From a virus (Duplodnaviria; Caudoviricetes), in IMG/VR virus record IMGVR_UViG_3300049844_000087, positions 14,423 through 78,422 of that record: a DNA stretch of 64,000 nucleotides; one strand, given 5' to 3'. Positions 37,981 to 46,530 of the stretch are shown in pieces (within the stretch, counting starts at the first letter, position 1; each line of letters starts with the position of its first letter). A model generated the notes under the pieces. The model saw nothing but the letters and a program-made list of their open reading frames with translations. It ran no database searches and was not told where the DNA came from. A program made the position numbers and the translations under genes.

Positions 37981-38396
37981 ATTTGATTTTTCATAATAGA
38001 GAACAACCAGATGCTTGGGATGGATCTTATGGACATCGCTCAACTGTGGTTCTAGAAAAGCCCGATGTTCGAGAGATTATGCAAGAACTGCGAAAACAGT
38101 TCATCCCTTCTTGCATGAAGATTCCTAAAATCACAGTAAATGTTGGAGTTGCCAAAGTTCATCCAAAAGACTCATTTAATAAGAAGCTCGGCAGAAAGCT
38201 TGCCGAATCTCGAATGAAGCCTATCGAGATGACTATCGGCATTCACGATATGTATCAGAACTCAGAAGAAGCTATTTGGCTAGTTCTTACTGGAATTGAT
38301 TCTGAGAAACAGATTCATTACTCTTTGAACGTTAAAGTTTACAGAGACTCTGGAACAATGCGAGCACTCGCTTGTTACACGAGGAGTTGGCGATGA
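37977..38396 (+). CDS. Conserved phage hypothetical protein
   Basis: GVAKVHPKDSFNKKLGRKLAESR motif common in phage ORFs. Confidence 0.65.
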   Translation: MNLIFHNREQPDAWDGSYGHRSTVVLEKPDVREIMQELRKQFIPSCMKIPKITVNVGVAKVHPKDSFNKKLGRKLAESRMKPIEMTIGIHDMYQNSEEAIWLVLTGIDSEKQIHYSLNVKVYRDSGTMRALACYTRSWR

Positions 38397-38593
38397 AAAT
38401 CTACCTCGTTTACATGGGAGAAAGTTTTGAGTCTGCCGTAAAACGGCATGGTGATAACTTTTTTAAAAGTGTGAATGAAGCTGTAGATTTTGGAAAGCTA
38501 ATGTTGGAGCCAGGGCAGCGATTTTGGGTTTGTGATGAAAACGGCGGAGTTTTGGTTATTAGCCAAGCTCCGAGAATTGTAGGTAAGGCGTGA
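38393..38593 (+). CDS. Hypothetical protein
   Basis: ATGA overlap with upstream stop. Confidence 0.5.
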   Translation: MKIYLVYMGESFESAVKRHGDNFFKSVNEAVDFGKLMLEPGQRFWVCDENGGVLVISQAPRIVGKA

Positions 38594-38859
38594 ACAAACG
38601 TCAACAAATAAACGCCGAAATATTAAAACAGCTAGAAGCAGCAAACTCTGCCCTACCTGATCAACGTTTTAGCCAGTTGCTTGTGAATGCGGGGATAACG
38701 CACGACGTATCTAAGAATTTAGAAGGATGGCAAGCTCCTGTTCACATGGTTTTTTATAACGAAGAGTCTGAAGTTACTTTGAAGCGTCTTCTAGAAACAC
38801 TGGAAGACCTTTACGCAAAGATGTTGGAGGGATCTGATGTTGATCGTGAAGAAGTGTAA
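38590..38859 (+). CDS. Hypothetical protein
   Basis: PDQRFSQLL.N.G....FY.ES..TL.RL phage pattern. Confidence 0.6.
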   Translation: MNKRQQINAEILKQLEAANSALPDQRFSQLLVNAGITHDVSKNLEGWQAPVHMVFYNEESEVTLKRLLETLEDLYAKMLEGSDVDREEV

Positions 38860-39190
38860 ATACGGTAGGGGAGTTTTTACTACTGCCAAAATAGAAGCTG
38901 GCGATGTTCTATTGGTGGATGATCTATTGCTGATTACTCCTGAAGATAGACTTGGAAGTCTTACCCTACGGCGTTATGATTTTGCTTTTCACGATACTAA
39001 GGAAGCTGAGAGTGGAATTGCGTTAGGTCTGGCATCTTTGCTTAATCATTCTTCTAGGCCAAATGCTGAGTTCGATACGGCGTATAATAGTAAAGGCTTG
39101 CCTGTAGTTTTTGTAACGGCGATCAAAGACATTAAAGCTGGCTCTCAAATTACTATTGATTACGGCTACGATCCTTTGGAGGTTACATGA
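38837..39190 (+). CDS. SET-domain protein (putative Lys methyltransferase)
   Basis: YGRGVFT, SLLNHSSRPNA, TAIKDIKAGSQITIDYG. Confidence 0.9.
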   Translation: MLIVKKCKYGRGVFTTAKIEAGDVLLVDDLLLITPEDRLGSLTLRRYDFAFHDTKEAESGIALGLASLLNHSSRPNAEFDTAYNSKGLPVVFVTAIKDIKAGSQITIDYGYDPLEVT

Positions 39191-39498
39191 GCGTACTTAA
39201 TGAGATTGCGCAGCTTTGCGAACAAAAGACGCTAGAAACATTGCGAATTCCAGTATTGGCAAAAGTTCCTTCTAGCAAGTACAAAGAACTTATAGAACAG
39301 ATGAAAGGTATTATGCGCCTACCGCCAATGGAGATGGTCCATGGTGAAAATGGATGGCGTATGGAAACTGCACAAGAGTATAGCGAGCGTATTAATAAAC
39401 CGCCTACTTATGTGACTCTTACGTTAACAACTGGAACGCTGAGAATCGTACCGCATTCTGGAATTAACATCGAGGTGGAATTTGAAAAAGAAAATTAG
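39187..39498 (+). CDS. Hypothetical protein
   Basis: 103-aa ORF in operon. Confidence 0.55.
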   Translation: MSVLNEIAQLCEQKTLETLRIPVLAKVPSSKYKELIEQMKGIMRLPPMEMVHGENGWRMETAQEYSERINKPPTYVTLTLTTGTLRIVPHSGINIEVEFEKEN

Positions 39499-39703
39499 TT
39501 TAATACTGCCGCTTGACACTGTTGACAGATTGCGCTCTATAGCAGAGCTTGCAGGAGTGACTTTTGACGACGTGATTGGTGTGGTACTTGCAACGAAAAT
39601 TATAAAATTACGAGAGGAAGAAAATGGACGCTCAAAGAAAAGCTCAAATAAAAAAAGTAATGCTAGATCATCTTCAAAGTCTAGGCTGGCCAAACGTAAA
39701 TGA
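39482..39703 (+). CDS. Ribbon-helix-helix-like DNA-binding protein
   Basis: KISLILPLDTVDRLRSIAELAGVTFDDVI fits RHH pattern; basic tail. Confidence 0.5.
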   Translation: MKKKISLILPLDTVDRLRSIAELAGVTFDDVIGVVLATKIIKLREEENGRSKKSSNKKSNARSSSKSRLAKRK

Positions 39704-39857
39704 TCCAGAGACTTTTGCTTTCAATCAGTCGGAAGTCATGTTTAAATTACTTCTGCGTTTGAATCTCGTGAAATATGCAGATTGGGAATCTTACTACATG
39801 GCCGCTATTCAGCAGTACGAAAGAGCCCAAATGCGAAAAGCTGGATTTCCAGTATGA
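39624..39857 (+). CDS. Hypothetical protein
   Basis: ATG after GAGGAAG. Confidence 0.55.
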   Translation: MDAQRKAQIKKVMLDHLQSLGWPNVNDPETFAFNQSEVMFKLLLRLNLVKYADWESYYMAAIQQYERAQMRKAGFPV

Positions 39858-39882
39858 ATCACGTTTTTAATGGAGGTACTCT

Positions 39883-40761
39883 GTGAATATTGATAATTAT
39901 AAACTCATTCAGTCCGGTGGCGACGGTGGAGACACTTGTCATAGAATGTTTACAGTCGCTTTGCGAATTCTCGTGAACTTCAAGATGGTACTCAGCGATA
40001 GGCAACCTGTTCCAGACATCGTAAAGAATCCAGTATGGAGTGAAATTGCTTCTATCGAGAAGTCTTTCGAGTTGTTGGAAGATTCTCCTGGAATTTACAA
40101 ACGTCACTGTGACCCTAACTTTTGGGGTTCTGATCCAAACAACTGCTCTCGTGATCAATTGACCCCAGTAATTTGTACGCTTGCCTTTTTAGCGGCTCGT
40201 TCTGGAGATATTGGTAAAACTTATAGAGCTAAACTGACTGCCCTACTGAAGCAATCTCTTAAGCGTTTTATGTTTGCGCAGAACATTTACCCTAACTGGG
40301 TTGATGCTCGAAAAGACTCCACGGTCAAAAAGAAAACTCCTGACTTCTTGAATTTTGAGTTGTGGGGAGTTTTTGCTCGTGGATACTTGGGTACGATCTT
40401 CGCTCCTTTGGCTCTGCTGTTTGTCATCTTTGGCGATCTTGTTTTAGTGCTATCTGCACTATTTAAAGTTTTTGCCCCAATCACTAAGGATGGCACGCTG
40501 GAATTTCGTATGCCTACTCCTGACGACGTGGACGATGACAATATGAATAATGTGCTCATGGTAACTCAGCATGTTTTTCAAACTCCGCTTTCTTGGTTAG
40601 CTCGCAAGATTTACAAACGTTTTAGAGCTAAGAACTTCGGCAATACCGTTCTAGGAGAATCAGATCCTATAATGGGAGCATTGGCCTATTACCACAGGGC
40701 TGACGCACAAGGTAATCCAGAGATTGCCGAACTTGCTCGTCCCATTGTGAAACACTATTAA
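39883..40761 (+). CDS. Uncharacterised all-alpha protein
   Basis: 292 aa after GGAGG; DGGDT, YKRH.DP, SRDQ motifs; hydrophobic helix near residue 180. Confidence 0.7.
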   Translation: MNIDNYKLIQSGGDGGDTCHRMFTVALRILVNFKMVLSDRQPVPDIVKNPVWSEIASIEKSFELLEDSPGIYKRHCDPNFWGSDPNNCSRDQLTPVICTLAFLAARSGDIGKTYRAKLTALLKQSLKRFMFAQNIYPNWVDARKDSTVKKKTPDFLNFELWGVFARGYLGTIFAPLALLFVIFGDLVLVLSALFKVFAPITKDGTLEFRMPTPDDVDDDNMNNVLMVTQHVFQTPLSWLARKIYKRFRAKNFGNTVLGESDPIMGALAYYHRADAQGNPEIAELARPIVKHY

Positions 40762-40768
40762 ATAATCG

Positions 40769-40797
40769 TTGACTTTTTTAGTCAAATGCTACAGTCT
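40769..40797 (+). promoter_or_regulatory. sigma70-like promoter containing inverted repeat TTGACT-5-AGTCAA
   Basis: TTGACT-15-TACAGTCT. Confidence 0.45.
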
Positions 40798-40814
40798 AGG
40801 TAAACGGAGGACGT

Positions 40815-41015
40815 ATGGATAAAAAAGTAAGCATAACAGTTGGACCTGGACTCGGTGGACTTTTAACAGTTCTATTCGTTGCCCTTAAGCTGACAAACCA
40901 TATAGATTGGTCTTGGCTTTGGGTACTTAGCCCTTTATGGATTCCGTGGGCTATCATTTTTAGTATTTTCTTAGGCGCACTGTTGGTTTCCTTCATTGCG
41001 GCATTATTGAAATAA
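40815..41015 (+). CDS. Small two-TM membrane protein
   Basis: LLTVLFVALKLT.HIDWSWLWVLSPLW, a common phage membrane family. Confidence 0.75.
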   Translation: MDKKVSITVGPGLGGLLTVLFVALKLTNHIDWSWLWVLSPLWIPWAIIFSIFLGALLVSFIAALLK

Positions 41016-41027
41016 AGAAAGGGTTTT

Positions 41028-41942
41028 ATGAAGAAGCGAGAAGTTAGTTACGACGGTTACTCAAGAGATAACGACAAATATTACGTTTTGCCAAAAGCGG
41101 TGAATCGTGAATCAAAGATCCCAACTGGGATTTATCGTATGGATTTTAACCACGAAAGCAAGCGTGCTTATCTGTACGAGACTGAGTTGACACATGATGA
41201 CATTTTGGATCTTCCTAGCGAAGAGTATGTCGAAGTCATGCGAACCATGTCTCGATTTCTTCTTCCAGAGGTTCGAGCGGGTTACGAGCGACTTGGATAC
41301 TTGTATAAGCGTAACTTGCTTATGCACGGAGTTCCTGGCGCTGGAAAGACGATCTTGGTTAATCGAATCACTGAGTCTGCGGTTAAGAACCAAAATGCGA
41401 TTTGTATTTTCGTAGATCGTAAAACTGCAACTGGAAACGTAGATGGCGTGCTTTTGTTGGAACTGGTCATGAATTGGTTTAAGGATACTAACCCAGATAG
41501 TTTGCTGGTTTTGATCTTGGAAGAAGTTGACGAGATGATTGCTCGAAGTGAGCACCAATTGCTCGTTTTCTTGGACGGTCAGATGCAGCGACCAAATACT
41601 ATCGTGCTCGGGACTACAAACTACATTCACAAGATTCCACCTAGATTCTTGCGTCCTGGTCGATTCAGTCAGACTATCGAAGTTAAGTTGCCTTCGCTCA
41701 AAGCTCGTAAGCACTATTTGACTCACAAGCTTGGTAAAGATTTCGAGCATCTTGACACTTGGGCAAAAGAGACAAAACAATTCTCTATTGATGATTTGAA
41801 AGAAGTTATTCAATCCTGTTACCTCATCGGCGAGCCGTTCAAGAAAGTTGTTGAACGTCTGCGTAAGACCAAAGGTCTGAGTGGTGATGAACCGGAGGAT
41901 AATCAATGGGATGACACTGAGTCCTTCGAGGTTGTTGAGTAA
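41028..41942 (+). CDS. AAA+ ATPase
   Basis: GVPGAGKT Walker A, ILEEVDE Walker B, TTN sensor, FLRPGRF. Confidence 0.9.
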   Translation: MKKREVSYDGYSRDNDKYYVLPKAVNRESKIPTGIYRMDFNHESKRAYLYETELTHDDILDLPSEEYVEVMRTMSRFLLPEVRAGYERLGYLYKRNLLMHGVPGAGKTILVNRITESAVKNQNAICIFVDRKTATGNVDGVLLLELVMNWFKDTNPDSLLVLILEEVDEMIARSEHQLLVFLDGQMQRPNTIVLGTTNYIHKIPPRFLRPGRFSQTIEVKLPSLKARKHYLTHKLGKDFEHLDTWAKETKQFSIDDLKEVIQSCYLIGEPFKKVVERLRKTKGLSGDEPEDNQWDDTESFEVVE

Positions 41943-42020
41943 AGGATTTGAATTGGAAGTTAAAGAAGTTATGCGCAAAATGGCGCAGTCTTTAGCAAAG
42001 TCATTTGAGGGAGGGAATAA

Positions 42021-42377
42021 ATGACGACTAGATTACAACTATCAGGAAAAGCATCAGATCAGTTTGCAATTATTGACTCGGAAGATTTTGAGAAGGTAAA
42101 AGGCTACAACTGGTATATCGGATCAAATGTGAAGAAGCGCAAGGACGGTACTGTAGGGTATCGTCGATATTACGTCTTTACTACTATTAATGGGAAAACC
42201 GTTCGATTGCACCGTTTACTTAAAGATGTCACAGACTCCTCTTTAGACGTAGACCACATTGACGACGATTTCCTAAATAACACTAAAGCTAACTTGTGTG
42301 TCATGGATCACGTTTCGCACGCAAAGAAAAGCTGTATGCGTAGAAAAGAAATTCAGAAACTAAGGAAGAGTGCATGA
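42021..42377 (+). CDS. HNH endonuclease
   Basis: RLHRLL...VDHIDDDFLNNTKANL. Confidence 0.85.
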   Translation: MTTRLQLSGKASDQFAIIDSEDFEKVKGYNWYIGSNVKKRKDGTVGYRRYYVFTTINGKTVRLHRLLKDVTDSSLDVDHIDDDFLNNTKANLCVMDHVSHAKKSCMRRKEIQKLRKSA

Positions 42378-43102
42378 GATGGTTCACTAGCGATATTCAC
42401 TTCTGGCATCGCAATGTCATTCAGTATTGCAATAGACCTTGGTCTACTGTCGAAGAAATGAATCAAGGTATTATTGATAATTTTAATGCTCTAGTTAAGC
42501 CTGAAGACTTGGTGTATTGCTTGGGTGATTTCAGCCTCAGTTATCAAGGTGCCGAGATGCGCAAGTATCTTAACGGTACTTGGTTTCTAGTTCCTGGCAA
42601 TCACGATAAGTGTCATCAAGTGTTTCACAAAAACAGAGAAGAGAAAAAAGCCAACTCAGAGAAGCGTTACGCAGATATGGGTTTCATTATTCTGCCAGAA
42701 CGCTACTCTACGATTTTGACTGATCAAGGTGAAGAGATTGCTGCACAGATTTGTCATTTCCCATTTCAAGAGGATCATGGAAACTTCGAGCAACAACCTC
42801 GGTATCAGAAGCTAAGACCTTCTCCCACTTGTTTGACGCAAGTTCTTCTCAATGGTCATGTCCACAATGCGTGGAAGTCTCGAATGTTCAAGTTTGAAGA
42901 GGAAAATCGTTTTATTCCTCAGATCAATCTTGGAGTTGACGTTTGGGATTGGAAACCTGTATCCGAGCCTGAATTGTTTCAATTTGCGAAAAGCGAAATC
43001 ATCAGGGCTGAAGAATTGACAAATTTGAGCAATTCGCTAATAAAGGTTGACTTGGGGCCTGATGCGAGTAAGAATTATAAAAAAGACTTATTTGAGGATT
43101 AA
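42374..43102 (+). CDS. Calcineurin-like metallophosphoesterase
   Basis: SDIH, LGD, GNHD, CHFP, GHVH. Confidence 0.92.
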   Translation: MRWFTSDIHFWHRNVIQYCNRPWSTVEEMNQGIIDNFNALVKPEDLVYCLGDFSLSYQGAEMRKYLNGTWFLVPGNHDKCHQVFHKNREEKKANSEKRYADMGFIILPERYSTILTDQGEEIAAQICHFPFQEDHGNFEQQPRYQKLRPSPTCLTQVLLNGHVHNAWKSRMFKFEEENRFIPQINLGVDVWDWKPVSEPELFQFAKSEIIRAEELTNLSNSLIKVDLGPDASKNYKKDLFED

Positions 43103-43104
43103 TT

Positions 43105-43437
43105 ATGAAAGTACACCAAATGATAGTAAACAACAAACCTGAACTAGTGGCCGACATCAGAGCTAATGCAATGCAGGTAGGATTAGACAAGCTGGACTAT
43201 GAAGGCTTTTACACGTTGAAGAAACTCGGTGCCAAGAATGAATCTCCACTCGGGTATCCAAATCAGTACACAGTAATCAAAGGTTCGGTGTGCTTGATTG
43301 GTAATGAGGACTTCGTTGCGATTTATATGACTGGCATCAGTGAGTGGTTTAAGACTAGTCCGGTGATGTCGTGCAAGAAGACTAAGCAAGGTTTTAAGAT
43401 CGAAACTGAAAATTCATTTTATCTACTGGAGAAGTAA
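43105..43437 (+). CDS. Hypothetical protein
   Basis: WFKTSPV....K....F..ETENS.Y phage pattern. Confidence 0.6.
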   Translation: MKVHQMIVNNKPELVADIRANAMQVGLDKLDYEGFYTLKKLGAKNESPLGYPNQYTVIKGSVCLIGNEDFVAIYMTGISEWFKTSPVMSCKKTKQGFKIETENSFYLLEK

Positions 43438-43779
43438 ATGAGAATCGGACGATACGAGTTTGGATTAGTAGAGCCTTTGACGTTTAGGTGGAAGATGTGG
43501 AAAACTGCCGCTGAAAACCCTTGTGGCTGCACTATCTGGGAGTGGGGATTTTGGTACTTCACTATTTTGCGCTACGCTTGCGCAGGAGAACCAGATACTC
43601 GCTCTATTAGTAAATCTGAAATGAAACGCTTGAACGTGCTCAACAACCGTCCGATGATGGAAGGTATTTCGGAGCTAAAGCAATTGCCTCCAGATAAAAT
43701 CAAAAAGGCACGCAAAGCTCTGAAAAGGCTTGATATGAAAATTAAACCGAAGCGTAAGCGTCGGAAGAAAAAGAACTAA
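43438..43779 (+). CDS. Hypothetical protein, basic C-terminus
   Basis: 113-aa ORF in operon. Confidence 0.55.
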   Translation: MRIGRYEFGLVEPLTFRWKMWKTAAENPCGCTIWEWGFWYFTILRYACAGEPDTRSISKSEMKRLNVLNNRPMMEGISELKQLPPDKIKKARKALKRLDMKIKPKRKRRKKKN

Positions 43780-43882
43780 GGGTGCAGTGGATGTGGTGGA
43801 GTTGGGTGGCATCGCTCTCGCTTGAAGCCGGAATATATGGCGAGAAACGTAATGACCAGACAAGACCAAGAGTTGCTGAGCC

Positions 43883-43950
43883 TGGGGTAAGGTAGTTGGG
43901 TAACTACACCGTAGCAACGGAGATTGGGAGTTCGAGTCTCTCTACCCCGA
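43883..43950 (+). ncRNA. tRNA-like RNA with truncated anticodon arm
   Basis: TGGGGTA/TACCCCG acceptor, GTAG/CTAC D stem, GGGAG-TTCGAGT-CTCTC T arm, but anticodon arm only 12 nt (CCGT-AGCA-ACGG); followed by T7. Confidence 0.6.
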
Positions 43951-43960
43951 ATTTTTTTAG

Positions 43961-43989
43961 TTGACAAAAACAGTTAAGTATTATAAGGT
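43961..43989 (+). promoter_or_regulatory. sigma70-like promoter
   Basis: TTGACA-17-TAAGGT. Confidence 0.6.
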
Positions 43990-43995
43990 GGGTAC

Positions 43996-44217
43996 ATGAG
44001 TCAAATAATGATAAAGAAGAAAAAGCCTAAGAGGGTTTACAAAATGGAAGAACTAACTAAGAGTGACATTGAGTTGTTGATTCAAGCTGCTAGTACGCCA
44101 CCAGAGTATTTTTTCTGCTTTGGGATGGCTTGGTACAAACTGTTCGCTTTGGGTTTGATTGATGAAGATACTCGGGTGACTCAGGATGGGATTATGGCGA
44201 TAAGGAGTTTTCAATGA
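43996..44217 (+). CDS. Hypothetical protein
   Basis: 73-aa ORF after promoter. Confidence 0.5.
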   Translation: MSQIMIKKKKPKRVYKMEELTKSDIELLIQAASTPPEYFFCFGMAWYKLFALGLIDEDTRVTQDGIMAIRSFQ

Positions 44218-44504
44218 AAAGGAAAGAGCGAATTCGTGTTTTAAAATATTTGGCGGTAGAGGGTCTGGCTCTTCTGGCAGCAATCTACCTAGTGCTTTCT
44301 ATTGGTGCATTTCTAGGTGGGGCATCGGATTCTGGTTACACCAATAAGTATTCAAATGATTTGGATCAATGCTATGACACTCCTCTGCGAATAGAACAAG
44401 CTTTCCCATCTTACCGACTTGGTTGTTATATCTTTGGTCTGCAAGGCAAAAGTTATGACTATTGGTCTTTAAAGGAAGTTCAAAATGAACGCTCAGGAAA
44501 TTAA
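44214..44504 (+). CDS. Membrane-anchored hypothetical protein
   Basis: N-terminal TM helix. Confidence 0.55.
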   Translation: MKRKERIRVLKYLAVEGLALLAAIYLVLSIGAFLGGASDSGYTNKYSNDLDQCYDTPLRIEQAFPSYRLGCYIFGLQGKSYDYWSLKEVQNERSGN

Positions 44505-44709
44505 GACCATTATCGAAGAGGTGATCAATCCTGCACTCGAAGGACACATGGGCTGCTGCGAATTCCAGTCTTTTGAAGCTGGCATTGTGACCGTAAAGAT
44601 GGCTGGCTCTTGTCAGGCATGTCCTGGTAAGAAGCGAACATTTGAACAGGGCATCAAACCATTTTTGATGGAGCACTGCCCTGAAGTGAAGGATGTGGTG
44701 CTGGTGTGA
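44485..44709 (+). CDS. NifU/NfuA C-terminal-like Fe-S scaffold domain
   Basis: IEEVINPALEGHMG..E......VTVKMAGSCQACP....TFEQGI. Confidence 0.85.
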   Translation: MNAQEIKTIIEEVINPALEGHMGCCEFQSFEAGIVTVKMAGSCQACPGKKRTFEQGIKPFLMEHCPEVKDVVLV

Positions 44710-44939
44710 ACAAATGGTCCAAACCCCACACTAAAGGCAAAGATTGTAAAATCTGCTGTTGCAGCGGACCTGAGAAATGTAAAGAGCCAGGTTGTGACGG
44801 TTGGGTTCATCAAGACGTAGTTGACGAGATTGAGTACGAAGAAGGCGACTGGGCCTGGATGCACAACTACAAATGTGACACTTGTGGCAAAACGGAATAT
44901 TTTAACTCCGAAGAGGGGTATGAAGTGGAGATTGAATGA
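44706..44939 (+). CDS. Cys-rich small protein
   Basis: CKICCC, CKEPGC, CDTCG. Confidence 0.55.
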   Translation: MNKWSKPHTKGKDCKICCCSGPEKCKEPGCDGWVHQDVVDEIEYEEGDWAWMHNYKCDTCGKTEYFNSEEGYEVEIE

Positions 44940-45262
44940 AAAATCTTGCAATTAGCTTAGGAGCTTTGTGCTTATTGATTACGGTCATACTGCTTCTCTC
45001 TTTCAGAGAAAACGCCAATCTAAAGCGAGAACTTACGTTAGAACGAGGAGATGAAGTCGAAATCATTTACATGTCTGAATCTGAACGTGAGAATCGTTTA
45101 TTTGAGGGGTGCAGCGCACACTACATTACTGGCGTAGCCACTAGCGTAGGAAACGTGGTTCTGTTGACCCTTCGAGACTGCGCTCATCCATTTTTTAAAG
45201 ACAAGCCAGTTTATCCAGAATTACGAAACAGAGAGACTATCAGAAAGAAGTTGAATATATGA
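44936..45262 (+). CDS. Membrane-anchored hypothetical protein
   Basis: N-terminal TM helix. Confidence 0.55.
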   Translation: MKNLAISLGALCLLITVILLLSFRENANLKRELTLERGDEVEIIYMSESERENRLFEGCSAHYITGVATSVGNVVLLTLRDCAHPFFKDKPVYPELRNRETIRKKLNI

Positions 45263-45522
45263 GAGTCGGCTATCTTGGACTTCAGATGTGTAATGGATTT
45301 TCGGACAGAATGCAAGAAGGTCCGATGCAACGCTTAGTGTTCACCATTGACTGTTGGATCGAAAAGAATACCGGACTCATCTCGGAAATCACGGTCTCCC
45401 CGAAGTTCTACCACGCTCTGACCAAAGAAGTTGGTTATCCAGTCCTATTCGTAGAAACATTAGTCGGCGGCACCGAAATAGTGGTTAAGCCCATGCAAGA
45501 CACTGAAATCGAGGTTAGATGA
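45259..45522 (+). CDS. Hypothetical protein
   Basis: 87-aa ORF in operon. Confidence 0.5.
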   Translation: MRVGYLGLQMCNGFSDRMQEGPMQRLVFTIDCWIEKNTGLISEITVSPKFYHALTKEVGYPVLFVETLVGGTEIVVKPMQDTEIEVR

Positions 45523-46166
45523 TGAGACAAGTAAAGTGCGTTAGACCTTTAGGCCATTTGACGAAAGACCGCATCTACACTGTGGTCGGTGAACCCGCTA
45601 AAGATGCCAAGTGGTTAACAGTGGTAGATGACCGAGGTGAATGCGCAACTTATGATGCTGCTAGGTTCGAGGCTCTTTTAGCACCGCAGGTCGCACCAAA
45701 TTTTCGCCAGATGCAACAGATTGCAGATGAGGTAAAAATTACATGCCCTGTGGTTGAAGAAGCCGAGGCTCGCAAAGCGCAGCCCAAGACCATCATGCAA
45801 GAGTACACAGATAACCCCCAACTAGATACTTCAACTGTCCCGCTACCCGCTGCCTCAGACGTTCCATACGACGCTAACGGTCACATAACCCTAAGTGCCG
45901 AAGACTTTGACAAACTAGTCGAAGACCTAGAATCCGACCTTCCTCCATCCCCTGCCCTGCTATCCGCTAGAATTCGATTCCTATCATTAAAACTCCAAGA
46001 TTCTAAAAAAGAAGTTGACAGATTGAATCAAGTATTACAAGATAAAGACTTAGAGATTGAGACCTTAAGACGGTATGGGAATAAGGACTGTACCGCTATG
46101 GCAGAGGAAGAATTAGAAAGAGTAAGGGAAGAGTGGAAGCAAAGAATACTGAGGGGTGGAGTTTGA
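45519..46166 (+). CDS. Mosaic protein: SH3-like N-terminus, DUF1778-like segment, coiled-coil tail
   Basis: VKCVRPLGHLTKDRIYTV; ITLSAEDFDKLVEDLESDLPPSPAL; LRRYGNKDCTAMAEE. Confidence 0.55.
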   Translation: MMRQVKCVRPLGHLTKDRIYTVVGEPAKDAKWLTVVDDRGECATYDAARFEALLAPQVAPNFRQMQQIADEVKITCPVVEEAEARKAQPKTIMQEYTDNPQLDTSTVPLPAASDVPYDANGHITLSAEDFDKLVEDLESDLPPSPALLSARIRFLSLKLQDSKKEVDRLNQVLQDKDLEIETLRRYGNKDCTAMAEEELERVREEWKQRILRGGV

Positions 46167-46327
46167 GTTTGGTAAATCTTAAAAGCGAACTTTCTTCTAT
46201 ACGAACTTGGGGCATTAACTTTGTGTGGCGCAATTCGGAATGTTATCGGTATTTCAGGATTAACTTGTATATGGGCAGAAAGCATTATCAATGGGATTTC
46301 TTTCGTAAGGAGAAGTTTTTACAATGA
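46133..46327 (+). CDS. Hypothetical protein
   Basis: 64-aa ORF, start uncertain. Confidence 0.4.
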   Translation: MEAKNTEGWSLSLVNLKSELSSIRTWGINFVWRNSECYRYFRINLYMGRKHYQWDFFRKEKFLQ

Positions 46328-46530
46328 TCAAACTAGGTGGGACCATCTGCGACATGTGCCGTATCATCATCAGAGATGGAAATGCTATGTACGAGCGACA
46401 CACTAAGAAAGGTCGAATAATGCACTTTTGTTCGGACAAGTGCAAAGACAAGGATACAACTCCTGGACTGCTTAAAGCTGATTTAGGTCCGAATGCTAGT
46501 AAGAATTATAAAAAGGATCTGTTTAAATGA
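46324..46530 (+). CDS. Small Zn-finger protein with shared C-terminal tag
   Basis: CDMC...HFCSDKC; ends DLGPNASKNYKKDLFK. Confidence 0.6.
   Translation: MIKLGGTICDMCRIIIRDGNAMYERHTKKGRIMHFCSDKCKDKDTTPGLLKADLGPNASKNYKKDLFK

Noticed and set aside
43776-43967. Minus-strand 63-aa ORF
   Set aside because: Reverse-complement shadow of the tRNA-like element
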